DNA of 64,000 bases from Paramoeba atlantica. Taxonomy: Eukaryota > Protista > Discosea. The stretch spans positions 248,001 to 312,000 of the forward strand of contig CDRNVI010000139.1 of assembly GCA_977017575.1 (NCBI GenBank), read 5' to 3'. A model generated the notes under the pieces. It saw nothing but the letters and a program-made list of their open reading frames with translations, was not told the origin of the DNA and searched no databases. Shown piece by piece: positions 48,858 through 60,366 of this stretch. A program made the position numbers and the translations under genes. Position 1 is the first letter of the stretch, and every line of letters starts with the position of its first letter.

Positions 48858-49284
48858 GATTTTGAAGAAGGAAGAGGTTGTTAAGACAAAGAGTACAAAA
48901 AGAAAGACCACAACAAGATAACAACCTTGGTTCTTTTTCCCAACTCATCAATTCCAAACATATTCCACATTCAAATCTTTTCTTTTTCTCTTCTTCTTCC
49001 TTTCTCCTCTTCACCACTACTTCTTCTCTTTCTCTTTCTCCTTCTCCTTCTCCTTCATTTCCTCCCACTTGTTGTTCTCTCTTTCCAAGAACATCCTCAT
49101 TTCTTCTTTCTCTTTGTTCAATTTTATCATCCTCTTCTTCTTCAATCACATCAACATCAACAACATCACAATCTGTTGTTTGATCTCTTCGTTCTTTTTC
49201 ATCATCACTTTTTCTTTCAATTTTTCTTTTCTTTCCCTCACTCTCACTTTCGACTCCTTCTCTCTTTCTCTTTCCCTCACTCAT
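47057..49284 (-). pseudogene. TRIM-NHL paralog O, 5-bp duplication frameshift before NHL
   Basis: Exon 1 49284-48645, 78-bp intron 48644-48567, TCGATTCGATT duplication at ~47960; NHL ORF 47884-47057. Confidence 0.8.
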
Positions 49285-49591
49285 TCAGATATCAACAAAA
49301 AAAGATCTGAATAGAATTGTTGTTGGTAAGAAAAGAGAAGAAAAAACACATGAAAAGAAAAATACAAACATCAGAAACAAAGAATCAAGAGAAGGGAGAT
49401 AATTTTGTGGGAGAAAAAGCTCGTCGAGTCGAGAATAAAGAAGCGGTCAAAAAAAAAGAAGAAAAAACCAAACTCTTGGAGAAGAGAAATGTGAAAAAAG
49501 CAAGCAAAAAAAAAAAAAGAGCCATTGGCCATTTTTTAGGGTTCTTTTTTTAGCTTTTTTCTATTTCTTTTTCTGGAAATTTTTTTTGCAA

Positions 49592-50430
49592 ATGGACGAA
49601 AATCGTGTGTTGTTGGACCAGTTGATGGGGATCGACAGAACTGGAGACCTTCTTGAAACGAATGAGGTTCTCAGGATCGATGATCCCGATGTTTGTAAAA
49701 ACTATTTGTGTGGATTCTGTCTTCCTGAACTTTTTGCCAATACAAAGAGCGCGCTCGGTTTGCCTTTTGTTGTTTCTCCTTCTTTCTGTTTCTGTTTCTG
49801 AGGGGCACTGACTCCCCTTTTTTTTTGTCTTAGAGCCTTGTTTGAAAAAACATGATCATTTTCTTCAACAAGAATATCAACAGATGCTTGCAATTGGAAA
49901 AACCACCGAATACGGTTATGAGTTTGATTTTCTTCAAGAACTCGAGGCTCTCGTTAAAGTTCGAGATCGAAAGTTTTTTTCTTCTTTGTTTTTTCCCTTT
50001 TTCTTCTTTTGTTTTTGAAAGGAAAAAACTGACTTTGATTCTTCAAAGGGTCAAGCAAATCAAAGAAAGAATCGGAGAAGACAAGGTAGGGTTTTTTTTT
50101 TCTCGTTCTTGAGCCGCTTCTACATTTTTTCAAAAAATTGAGAGCTTTTTCACAGAATCAACCTGATGTTCTCACTCTGAAAGTTTGTGAGGAATGTGGA
50201 GGGATATTGGCTTCAAACGGCTCAGAAGATCGAATTCAAAGTCATCTACAAGGAAAACATCATCTTGGTTTTGTTCGAATTTGCGAAACAATTAAAGAAC
50301 TGAAGGTTTTCTTTTCATTTTTGTCTTGTTTTTCTTTGTTTTTTTTTTGGTGGTGGTTGTTTAATTTTTATGGTAGATGGTGAATCTCAAACCTGCAAAG
50401 AGAGAGGCTGGTGGTTCTGATGAGTCTTGA
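49592..50430 (+). CDS. LUC7: LUC7-family U1 snRNP protein, very short (~181 aa)
   Basis: Exons 49592-49757, 49834-49972, 50049-50085, 50156-50305, 50377-50430 splice in frame; LLDQLMG, DDPDVCKNYLCGFC..LF.NTKS.LEPC..KH and VCEECG......RIQSHLQGKHHLGF zinc fingers. Confidence 0.85.
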
Positions 50431-50567
50431 CTCGAAGAAAAGCAGGAAAAGAGAAGCAATTTATTTTTTTGCAGGTTTGATATTCACTTTCCTGGACCTT
50501 GGTTTCCCTTTTGCCTGAGAGATGAAAAGGGTGAGAAAAAGAAAAGAACCAACAAAAAAAGAAGAGG

Positions 50568-51271
50568 TCAAACCTCCACCCAGATGGTTAAGTTATCTCT
50601 CATGAGTTGCAATGACACACATGCTTCTTTATATGAGTCTTCATCAAGCATGTCCAACTCTCCAATCGCACTATCAAACCCCTCCTTGGTCATTTTGATT
50701 GCTTTGTCTTCCTCTTCTTCATCCCAAAGAAACATTGAATAATAAAGAACACAACGCAACCGAGTGCTCTGAGTGCTGTGCAAATCACTCAAACAAATCT
50801 TCAGCGATTGTTCATAATATTTCCGAGCCTCTTCAGGTTCATATGTTGTGTGATTTACACGCCCCTGATTGTGATTGGAATGAATCACAAAAAAAGAAAA
50901 AGAGAAAGAGGAAAAAATTACCAGCATCCAATAAATGGAGGCCAAGAATTCTGGGTGAGAGGTTGATTGGTGGTTGACCCAAGAGTTGAAAACAGATTTG
51001 GTCAACTCAACAATCTTTTGGTTCTCATCAAAGATTGGATCCCCTTCTTTTTCGAATGTTCCTGTGGTAAGAATCACCTGTTTTTCGTTATTATCCTGCA
51101 CGAGAGAAACCAGAAAGAAAGAGAAAAGAACAAAACCAACTGTTCCAGTGTATCAATAGAATCCCAGTCTGAGTTCGCTTGAATTCTCGGAAGAGCTTCA
51201 AGCAAAAGAACACTCTTCTTTTCCTTCACTCCTTCTTTCACTTTTGCCCAAGAATCATCCTCATTGGCCAT
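50568..51271 (-). CDS. Divergent 14-3-3-like protein (~201 aa)
   Basis: Exons 51271-51137, 51095-50922, 50864-50568; C-terminal TRLRCVLYYSMF...KEGFDSAIGELDMLDEDSYKEACVSLQLMRDNLTIW matches 14-3-3 helices 7-9. Confidence 0.8.
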
Positions 51272-51615
51272 TCCTTCCCTTTGTTGATAAGAGAATCAAG
51301 AAGAATCCCGAGAAGAAAATCCAAAAGAGAAAGGCGTGTCCAAAGGTGGTGAAACGTGATCATGAGAAAAAACAGATTCAGAGAAAAGAAAAGTTGTTCT
51401 CACAATTGCAAAACTCACCCACCTCTCTTGTTTTCCTCCTCTTTCCGCAAGTTGCGACCAACAAAAAATGAAATCCAGGAAAATCCAACCCAAGTTCCTG
51501 GAACTTTTGCTTTTTTTTTTTTCTTTCCACCTTTTTCTTTTTTTCGTCTTTTTCGTCTTTTTCGTCTTTTTCTCTTTCTCTCTTTTGTTTTTTTTGTTTG
51601 TGTGAGTCTTGAAAA

Positions 51616-54043
51616 ATGGGGAAAAAATCTTTGAAGGGAGAATTGGAAATTGCTCAGGAGGAGGGAGCTTTTGATCCTGCAGAAAGGTCTTCTTTTTTCT
51701 CTCTCTTTTTCCTCTTCTTCTCTCCTTTTTCTCAACTCCCCTCCCCTTTTTCCTTCTCTCTCCCCCTTCTCTCTCTTCTTTTCTCTCTCTCTTTCAAGAG
51801 ACAAAGTTCTCAAAAGAGTGGCACTTCGTTTCTTTGGCGCGTTATTGATTATGATGATTGTATTTGTGATTGTGTTGGCGTTGTACTTTGGGGCCATGTG
51901 GGATCCTTCGACAAGAAAACTTGATATTTTGATTGTCAACAAAGATCAAGGGCTCTCTTTTGGAGGACGTTTTGAATTTTTTTATTTTTTTTTTCTCTTT
52001 TTTTTCTCTTTTTTTTCTCATTTTGTTTATCGCTTTTTCTCTCTTTGTTTTTCGATTTTATAAAAAGTTTCAAAAGCATCAAAACTGAGAGTTTTTGTTG
52101 AATAGAAAATCTCTCTCTTGGTGATATGGTCACCGATTTTCTTTTGAGTAAAAAGGTTTTTTTTCTCTTTCTTTCTTTCTTTCTTTCGGTTTCGAGAAAT
52201 AAGAGAAAGAGAGACTTTTCTCCCCTTTGGAGATTCTTTCTTTTCTTCTCTCCCCCTCATCTCAAATGATTAGGTTCTCGATTTTAAAGAAGATTCTGAT
52301 CCTCTCTCTCGAGGGCCAGATTTTGGGAGACATCGTGTTGTCGAATACAAAGATTGGGGCGTTTTGACCATTCCAGGTTATTTTCCTTTTTTTTTTTGCT
52401 TTTTTTTTTGAATCAAATTGTTTCAAATAATAATAATTAAATCATGGTTTTTCATTCAATTGTCTTTAAAATGTCTTTGTTGTTCCAAGGAAAAAGAAAT
52501 TGATGGCTCTTTTTCAAATAGAGAATTACACCGTTAGTTATGTTCAAGCTTTGTTTCAAGATCTTGGGGAATACGAGAATCCAATTCGTTTTGATTATAA
52601 TCAAGGAAGACAAAAAACAACTGCTGGTTTGTGGAATAATAATTTTGCAGGAGAAAAGAGGGGGAAAAAAGAAAAGAAAAAAGAAAAAGAAATTTCTTTC
52701 CAAAAAATTATCAAAATCGATGAATAGATTATGATTCCTAATCATTCTCTTTGAAAAATAGATGCTGCAAAAAATATTGTTTCTGCATTGATTGCTGGGA
52801 TTAGTAAAGAATTAGCTATTAGAACCGTTTCTGGGGAAGTGCTTCCTTATAATTGTAGTGATGTCACTGCTGCAGCTGTTGTTGATCCTGTAATCCATTT
52901 CATTTTGATTTAATTTATTTCATCTTTTTTTCTTTTCTTAAAAAATCATTTTCTTTTCGCTTCTTTCTCTCTTTTCGAATAGATTTATCTCTTGATTGTT
53001 GTTTCATTTCCTGTCATTGCAAACGGATACAATTTTATCACTTATATGGGTGTCAATATTCTTTGGACTGTCGCTGCTTCATTGTTAAATATTTCAATGA
53101 CTGTCACACATCCTCTTTTTAAACAAGTCCTTCTTTTTTCCCTCTTTTATTACTCTCATCTTGAAGAATGCTTTGACCTCTAACTCTTCTGAATTTAGTT
53201 TTCTTTGACCGCAGTCCATGTCATTAGAACTGTCTGTATTTTAATTTGTTGCTTCTTTCAATCGTTATTCTTTATGAGCATTGTAGCAGGTTCTCTTCTC
53301 TCTCTTCTCTCTTCTCTCTTCTTCTCTTGATTTTTAACTTCATATCCTTTTATTCTCAGCTTACGCTGATGTGGATCAATTTGCACATTCATTTGGGGCG
53401 ATTTGGATGTATTTATTTTTTGTTTTAATCACCTTTCAAACTCTTCTCAATTTTTTGATTCGAATGTTGGGTGTTGCTGGACTGTTGTTATTGAGGTATT
53501 TTTCTTATTTTGCACTTTATTAATGTGGTTCCTAGCAAAAGAATTTGGTCAAACATCTCAAATTCTATTTATTTAGTCCTATCCTTGTTCTGCAAATCAC
53601 AACATCAAATGCCATCATTCACACCGACATGATGCCTGGTTTTTACGGAACCCTTGGAGTTGGTCTTCCATTTTACCATGCAATTGAGGTATTGTTATTA
53701 TTCAAATCAAATCAACTTGATCTTTTTTTTTATTTGGATTTGGTAGGGTCTCAGATTTATGGTCATTGGACAAACTGATTCACGAATTGGCACAAATATC
53801 GGTCTCTCTTTTTCATATTGTCAGTTTTTAAAAACTGCGAGTGTGTTTCTCAAATTTTTTCTTTCAGGAGTTCTCCTTGCTTATTTTGTTGGCTTTTATC
53901 TTCTCAATGCTCTGCTGTGGCACATCAAAGTCAAAAAATTTATCAAACAATACCAATCCGATACAGTTGTCGATGCGGGTACTTCCGCAGCTTTGGCGTT
54001 TCCTTCTGATCATGGAAAAGGATTTGCTGGTGCTTCATTTTAG
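51616..54043 (+). CDS. Multi-exon SNG1/DUF3533-like (ABC-2-type fold) membrane protein
   Basis: LYFGAMWDP..RKLDILIVNKD, DWGVLTIP, DYNQGRQKTTA, several TM segments, DMMPGFYGTLGVGLPFYHAIE; many short GT-AG introns, not all exons resolved. Confidence 0.6.
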
Positions 54044-54287
54044 AAAAAAAATTTTGATCGAGAGCCATGGAAAGAATGGATCTCTTTTCCCCAAGTCGAA
54101 GGACAACACCAAAAGATTTTTTTTCCTTTTTTTGACTTTAAATGTGGTTTGAGAGGAGAGTTTTGGCTTTTGTTTTGTGTTATTTTGAAAGGTCGAGCTT
54201 GTGAATCACAACAATGAGGGTTTTTGGGTGGTGATGGAAGAAGAGAAATGACGCAAAAAACAAAATGGAATAAAATTTCATTTCTTC

Positions 54288-56434
54288 CTACAAATGAGGA
54301 ACATTTTCGACTTCCCTTGCAGGAAGCATTTGGTTCTGTATTTTCTCTGCCTCTTCTTCTGTACATTGAAAAGCCGCTATCAAATTCTTTTTCTTTTCTT
54401 CATCATTTTTTTCACCAGTCTGGATGAGAAATTCTTGAGGAGGTCCAGGATATCCAAGAGATTGCCAGGCTTTAGTTGCAAATAAGTCTTTTCCTTTCAT
54501 CATAGACGTTAGCATAGATCCAATCACACCAACTAAAAAGGAGAAAAGGGTCGAATTTTTGAGAAAAACGAGGAAATCATATTTCATCATGGAAAAAAAG
54601 AAAAAAAGAAAATCAAACAATATGGAATTTGTCCTGCTCCCGCCTCTGGACCAATCGGGACAAGCATCGCACTTTCGACTTTCGAATACCTAAACCAAGA
54701 GACAATGTCAAAACAATCCAAAAAAACAAAATCAAAAATGCAAACGATTTCATTGGAGTCTTCGATATGGAGGCAAGGATATTTCTTGCAACGACGTTTC
54801 TGTCCCAAATATAAATTTTGACAAAAAATAAACATGAAAATTTATTTGAAAGTAAAAGCAAAAGAGAATAGGAAAACAATTTCAAGGTGAGAAGAAAAGA
54901 AAAGAAGTCAAATACCCTTGTAAACGAGCAGCAAAGCTAACTTTCTTATCCGCATCACAACAATCTCCAATTGCGAAAATATGTTTCCAGATCAATCTTG
55001 GAGTTTCAACTTGCATATACTCATTAACATGAATTTCTCCCTAAAAAGAGAAAGAGAGAGTTAGAAGAAAGAGAAAAGTTGAAAACAATTTCCAAAAATA
55101 ATAAAGAAAATAAAAACATGATCATTTACAGCTTTTTTTAGAGCCTCTTGATATGAACTACAATTAATATGAGATCCATTACAAAAGAAGACAAGATCAG
55201 TTGGGATTTTAACTCCTGAAACTGTCATCGCAGAAATAGGACCCAATAAATATCGAGAGTTTGCCACTAAAAAAAAGAATAAGAATTTTTTCATTCAGAA
55301 ACAAAAAAGGAGACTCTTTCTTGATATTGCAAGACTCAAAAACTACTCGAGAAAAATCTTTTCAAAAAAGAATGAAGAAATACTCAACCATTCGCTTCTT
55401 CCAATGATTCTCCCAAAGAACTCAAATCAACTCTCTCATTCAACAACACTTCCACCCCTGTTTTTTTCAAAAGCTCCAACAATTTCTGACTCAATTTCAA
55501 ATCAAGATCATCTCTTGAAGAAAGAAGACGATTTCCTGAGTGAACAAGAAAGATTTTTTTGTCTTGGTAAGAGAGAGAGATTTCTCCTGCAAGTTCAATG
55601 CCAACTGGCCCTCCCCCAATGACCAGGATGGTTTTGGATTTGACGATGTTTGCTAAGAGAGAGAGGAAAATGAGGGATAACCTCTTTCATTTCATTGTCT
55701 ATAGAGGTATATTTTTCTTTTATCCTTCTCATTCACCACTTCCCCTCTCCTTTCACCATCAGAAAAAAAAATTCCCCAAACCTCTCAAATCTTTGTACAT
55801 CTCAGAAACCCTCATCGCAGAATCAAAAGGGATTTTGGCAGGAAAAGCATATGAAGTTCCTGTTGCCAATACCAAAAAATCAAATTTAATTTTTTCTTCA
55901 TGTCCAAAGATTTCCACATACGATGAAGTGATGTTTGTCACATCTCCCTATTTTGCGAAGTTGTTGAAAGAAAAGAGAGCGAGAGAGAGAGAATCAGAAC
56001 TGACAGAGATCATTTTTTTGTTTCTTTTGCCATCTCCTTTGCTCTCTTTTTTCTTAAATCATCCTCAAAGTGATTTTAAAAGTTACCTTGATCACAGAAC
56101 CAGTTTTGAGAAGTTTGTCATATGGGATACAAATCGCTTTTTCGAAATCTGTTGTTGAACCGCTGGAAGCAAAGGAGTGAATCGGAGAAAGAAGAGGGGA
56201 AAAGTGAGAGAAAAAAATGAAACCGAAGTGCGCCAACGTTGTGAAAGAAATAGTCTTTTCTGTCAATCAAAACACAGTTTGCTTTTCCTTCAAGAGCCTA
56301 GTCTCGAAGAATTAAGCTTTTTTCTTGCAGAGAACGATTTTGGAGAAAAAAGAGAAAGAAAAAGAAAGAACCTTCGCACATTCAATCCCACCGTATCCCC
56401 CACCAACAATCACAACAACAGGTTTCCCAGCCAT
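54288..56434 (-). CDS. AIFM2/FSP1(AMID)-like FAD/NAD(P)H oxidoreductase, multi-exon
   Basis: MAGKPVVVIVGGGYGG, VLIDRKDYFFHNVGALR, FDFLVLATGTSYAFPAK, IFAIGDC, MLVPIGPEAGAGQI, TSMMKGKDLF. Confidence 0.8.
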
Positions 56435-57278
56435 ATCAATGGATCGAGATTGTCCTCCCCCCATTCTCCCCACATCAGTTTAAACGGTCCTCTTTTCTCT
56501 TTCTTTTTCTCTTCTTTTTCCAAGAACCGAAACAAAACAAAATTAACCAGAACAAATTTTTTTCATCCCGTGTTCAATTCCCTTTCGGGATTCTTTTTTT
56601 TTCCTTTTTTTTCTTTTTTTTTTCGTTTTTTTTGTTTTTCCTCCCGCTCTTCTCTTCTCTTTTCTCTTCTCTCTTTCTTTTCTCTTTTGTCTCCGATTTT
56701 TTTTTTGGGATCACATTCTTTGGAAAAAACCTCAAGACAGCTTTTTTTGTTTCTTTTTCTTCTCCATTTTCCTTCCTCTTTTCTCTCTTCTCTCTCTTCT
56801 CTCTCTTTCTTTGTGCCTCTTTTTGGTCTTTTTGGGGTTGTTTTTGTCTTTCTTCTTCTTCTTCTTCTTTTGAGGTTTTTGGTTTTTGGGATCTCGTTCT
56901 CTCATCTTTTCGTTTGAATTGTCTTTCTTCTCCTTCTTCTTTGGTGGTTCCTCACTTTTTGAGAACTGTTTGTCTTTTTTCTTCTTTTTTTCTTTTTTTT
57001 TCTCGTATCTCAATTTATTGAAAAAACAATTCTCAGAAACCTCTTTCTCTCTCTCTCTCTTTGTGGGGACATCTCTATTTTCTTGATTGTTCCTCATTTC
57101 ATTTTGTTTTGGGTCTCAGCAGTCTCTTTGTGTGTGTGTGTGTATGTGTTGGGTGGGCATAGTTTTGGTTTCGTTTTCTTTTTCTTTTTCATTTCATTCT
57201 AATTTTGTGTGTGTGATTTTTAATTGTTTTTCCCTCCCTCACATTTCTTTTCTTTTCAATCCCACAGAGAGAGACAAA

Positions 57279-59444
57279 ATGAGTGAAAAAAGAGGAAAGA
57301 GAAAGAGAGGAGGAGGAGAAGAAACAGAATTAGAAAGTGAGAAAAAGAGAAAAACCAAAAGAGGAAAGAAAGAGAAAGAAGATGATGTTGATGTTGTTGT
57401 AATTGAAGATGACAATGTTGGTGAAAAAGAACAAAGAGAAGATGTTCTTGGAAAGAGAGAAGAAGAAGTGATGACTAAAAGAAGAAGAAAGGAAGAAGAA
57501 GAGAAAAAGAAAAGATTTGAATGTGGAATATGTTTGGAATTGATGAGTTGGGAAAAAGAACCAAGGTTGTTACCTTGTTGTGGTCTTTCTTTTTGTACTC
57601 TTTGTCTCAACAAACTCTTTCTTCTTCAAAATCCTTCCTCTTCTTCTTCTTCTTCTTCCTCTTTGAAAGGAGTGAAATGTCCAGTTTGTAGAGAAATGAA
57701 CGAATGTGAAAGCGTTGAAACACTTTCGATGAATTATTTGATTCCAGAAACGATTGATGTTCTTCTTTCTTCAAATTTGATCTCTTTCTCCCAACAACCA
57801 GGTTTTCTTTCTTCCTTTTATTGTGAGAAAGTTATTTCAAAGTTGAAAAAACATGTTTTTTGAAAAAACAAAACAATAGGAGATGGATCAGAATGTGTGA
57901 ATTTCGAAACGTGTGGAAAACAAACTCGAATGTTTTGTCCTCTTTGCAACATGTTTATTTGTGATTCTTGTGATCTGTCTCACACTTCTTCTATTTTCAC
58001 TCGAAATCACAAACGATGTGAAAGAGATGGTGTTGAGGGAAGAGGTGGAAGAAGAAGATTGGAAGAGGAAGGAGGGGTGGTGGGAGTGATGGGATTGGAG
58101 AATTTGAAGAAGAGAGAATGTTCAAAACACCCATCTGAAACAATCAGTGGATATTGTTTTCAATGTTCTTCTTTTGTTTGTCTTCGTTGTGTTCTTGAAA
58201 CTCATGTTCAACACAATGAGAAAGTGAAATCAATTGAAGAAAGTATTTTAGAGAAAAGGAATGAAATTGTAAAGGTTGGAGATAAATTGGAGAAAAGATT
58301 GATTGAGATTGAAAAGAAAAGAAAAAGGGTTGAAAAAGAAATGAAAGAATTAGAAGAGAAATTAGAAAAGAAAAGAATTGAAAAGAAAGAAATAGAATTG
58401 GAGAAAGAAGATTTGAGAATCAGAAAAGATTCAATTATTCGTTTATCCAACACACCAACAACAACAACAACAACAAAAACAACTGATTGTGATGTTTCTC
58501 TTTTTTTTGATGATCAACTTTTTTCAACTCTTCTTCAAACTGCAAATGATATTGTTTCTGAAGGAGGTGTTGTTGGATTACTGAAACCAAAGAAAGGAGT
58601 GATTTGTTGTGATGGTGGTGGTGATTCTTTTCGTTTTGTTTCTTCTTTTCGTTTGAAGAATCAACCTTTAGGAGTGAGTGTGAACAGTGATGGGAATATT
58701 TTTGTTTGTGAATTTCGGGGTGGATTGAAAGTGAGAGATAAAGAAGGAAATGAGATGATTGAATCAACAATTCAGAAAACAATTGATTCACTTCAGTTGA
58801 AACCTGTTGATGTTTCAATTGGATTGAATGATCAAATTGTTGTTCTTGATTGGTCTCAAGATTCTCATAGAGTTGTAATATTAAACAAAGAAGGAGAATT
58901 GATCAATTCTTTTGGATCAGTTGGTTCTAAAGATGGTCAGTTTAAGAGTCCATGTGGTGTGGATGTGGATGAAGAAGGTAGAATTATTGTTTGTGATACT
59001 TTGAATAATCGAATTCAAGTGTTTGATAATGATGGATCTTTTCTTCGTTCTTTTGGTTTAAAAGGTTCTTCTGAAGGTCAATTTGACCAACCTCAGAGTG
59101 TTGTAGTTGATAGAGATGGGAATATTGTTATTTCTGAGACTTTGAATCATCGAATTCAAGTGATGGATATTGAAGGGAATTTTATTCAATGTTTTGGAAC
59201 ATATGGTTCAGGTGATTCTCAATTGCACTGTCCAAAAGGTGTTGATGTGGATGGGGAAGGTAGAATTGTTGTTTGTGATAGAGGAAATAGAAGAGTGAGT
59301 GTGTTTGAGAAAGATGGAACATTTCTTTTTTCATTTGGTAAACATCACATGAAGAATCCTATTGGGGTTGTTGTTGATTCATTTGGAACAATTATTGTTT
59401 CAGATAATGAGAAAAAGTCAATTCAATTTTGGAAATCATTTTGA
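57279..59444 (+). CDS. TRIM-NHL paralog P, apparently intact (~695 aa)
   Basis: Exon 1 57279-57801, intron 57802-57879, exon 2 57880-59444. Confidence 0.88.
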
Positions 59445-60125
59445 AAGAGATAGAGGTTTTTTCTTTTCTCTTTTTTTCTTTTTTGATTTTGATTTGTTTT
59501 ATTTTATTTTTTTGGATCATTTTTTTCTTTATTTTTTCTTTTTGTTTCCTTTTTTGTTTGAAGAAAATTAAAAACAAGAAAATAATAGTTTTTCTCTTCT
59601 CTCCTCTTCTTCTTCCCCCCCAAATCATCATCATTCTTCTTCTTCCAATTTTTGATTCAATTTTTTGATCCTTCTTCTTCAAAAATACTTTTCTTTGATT
59701 TTGTTTTTTCTCCTCTTCATTTTTTGAGTTTTATTGTTGTGTGTGTGTTTTGTGTTTTTGTGAAAATTTTCTCTCTTTCTCTTCCTCTTCTCTTCCTCTT
59801 CTCTTTTTTTTTGATTGAAATTATTTTTCTTTTTTTTTTTGTTTTCTTCAAATTTTGTTGTTGTTTTAAAGAAATGATTCTTTTTTGTTCTTTGGTGTTC
59901 TTGCTCTGTCTTTTTGTTGAGATTCCCATTTTTTTTTGATATTATTTTTTGTTCTGTTCCTTTTTTTTGTTTTCTCTTCTTTGTCTCTTTGTTTCTGTTT
60001 TCCTTCCTTTACCTTCTTTCTTCTCTGTTTTTTGAATTTTGCTTTTTGTCTCTGGTTTTGAGTGTGGTTTTTTGTTGTTTTTAGTGTGTTGTTTCCTTTG
60101 TTGATAGTTTCTTTTGGAATAAACA

Positions 60126-60366
60126 CTCAGGTGGGTTCCCACTTGAGTTTCTTTCAAGTACATCCACAAAATCAGAAATAGAGAGGTGCAAACATAAATT
60201 TGAAACATAGAGGTGCAAATGAAAATATCATAGGTCCAAAGTGCAAATATGGAGATGCAAACATAAATTTGAAACATCGAGGAGGTGCAAACGTAAATGT
60301 CATAGATGCAAATGTTTACATAGAGGTGCAAACGAAAAACTCAAAACATTTGATAGGTGCAAACAT
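60126..60366 (+). repeat. Hairpin followed by ~8 degenerate (GA)GGTGCAAA(C) units
   Basis: CTCAGGTGGG-TT-CCCACTTGAG at 60126-60147; GTGCAAA/ATGCAAA recurs every ~12-30 bp; absent from homologous spacers. Confidence 0.7.

Noticed and set aside
60180-60366. CRISPR-like repeat-spacer array
   Set aside because: Repeats are only ~8-12 bp and degenerate, spacers are short and irregular, the context is eukaryotic, and no cas genes are present
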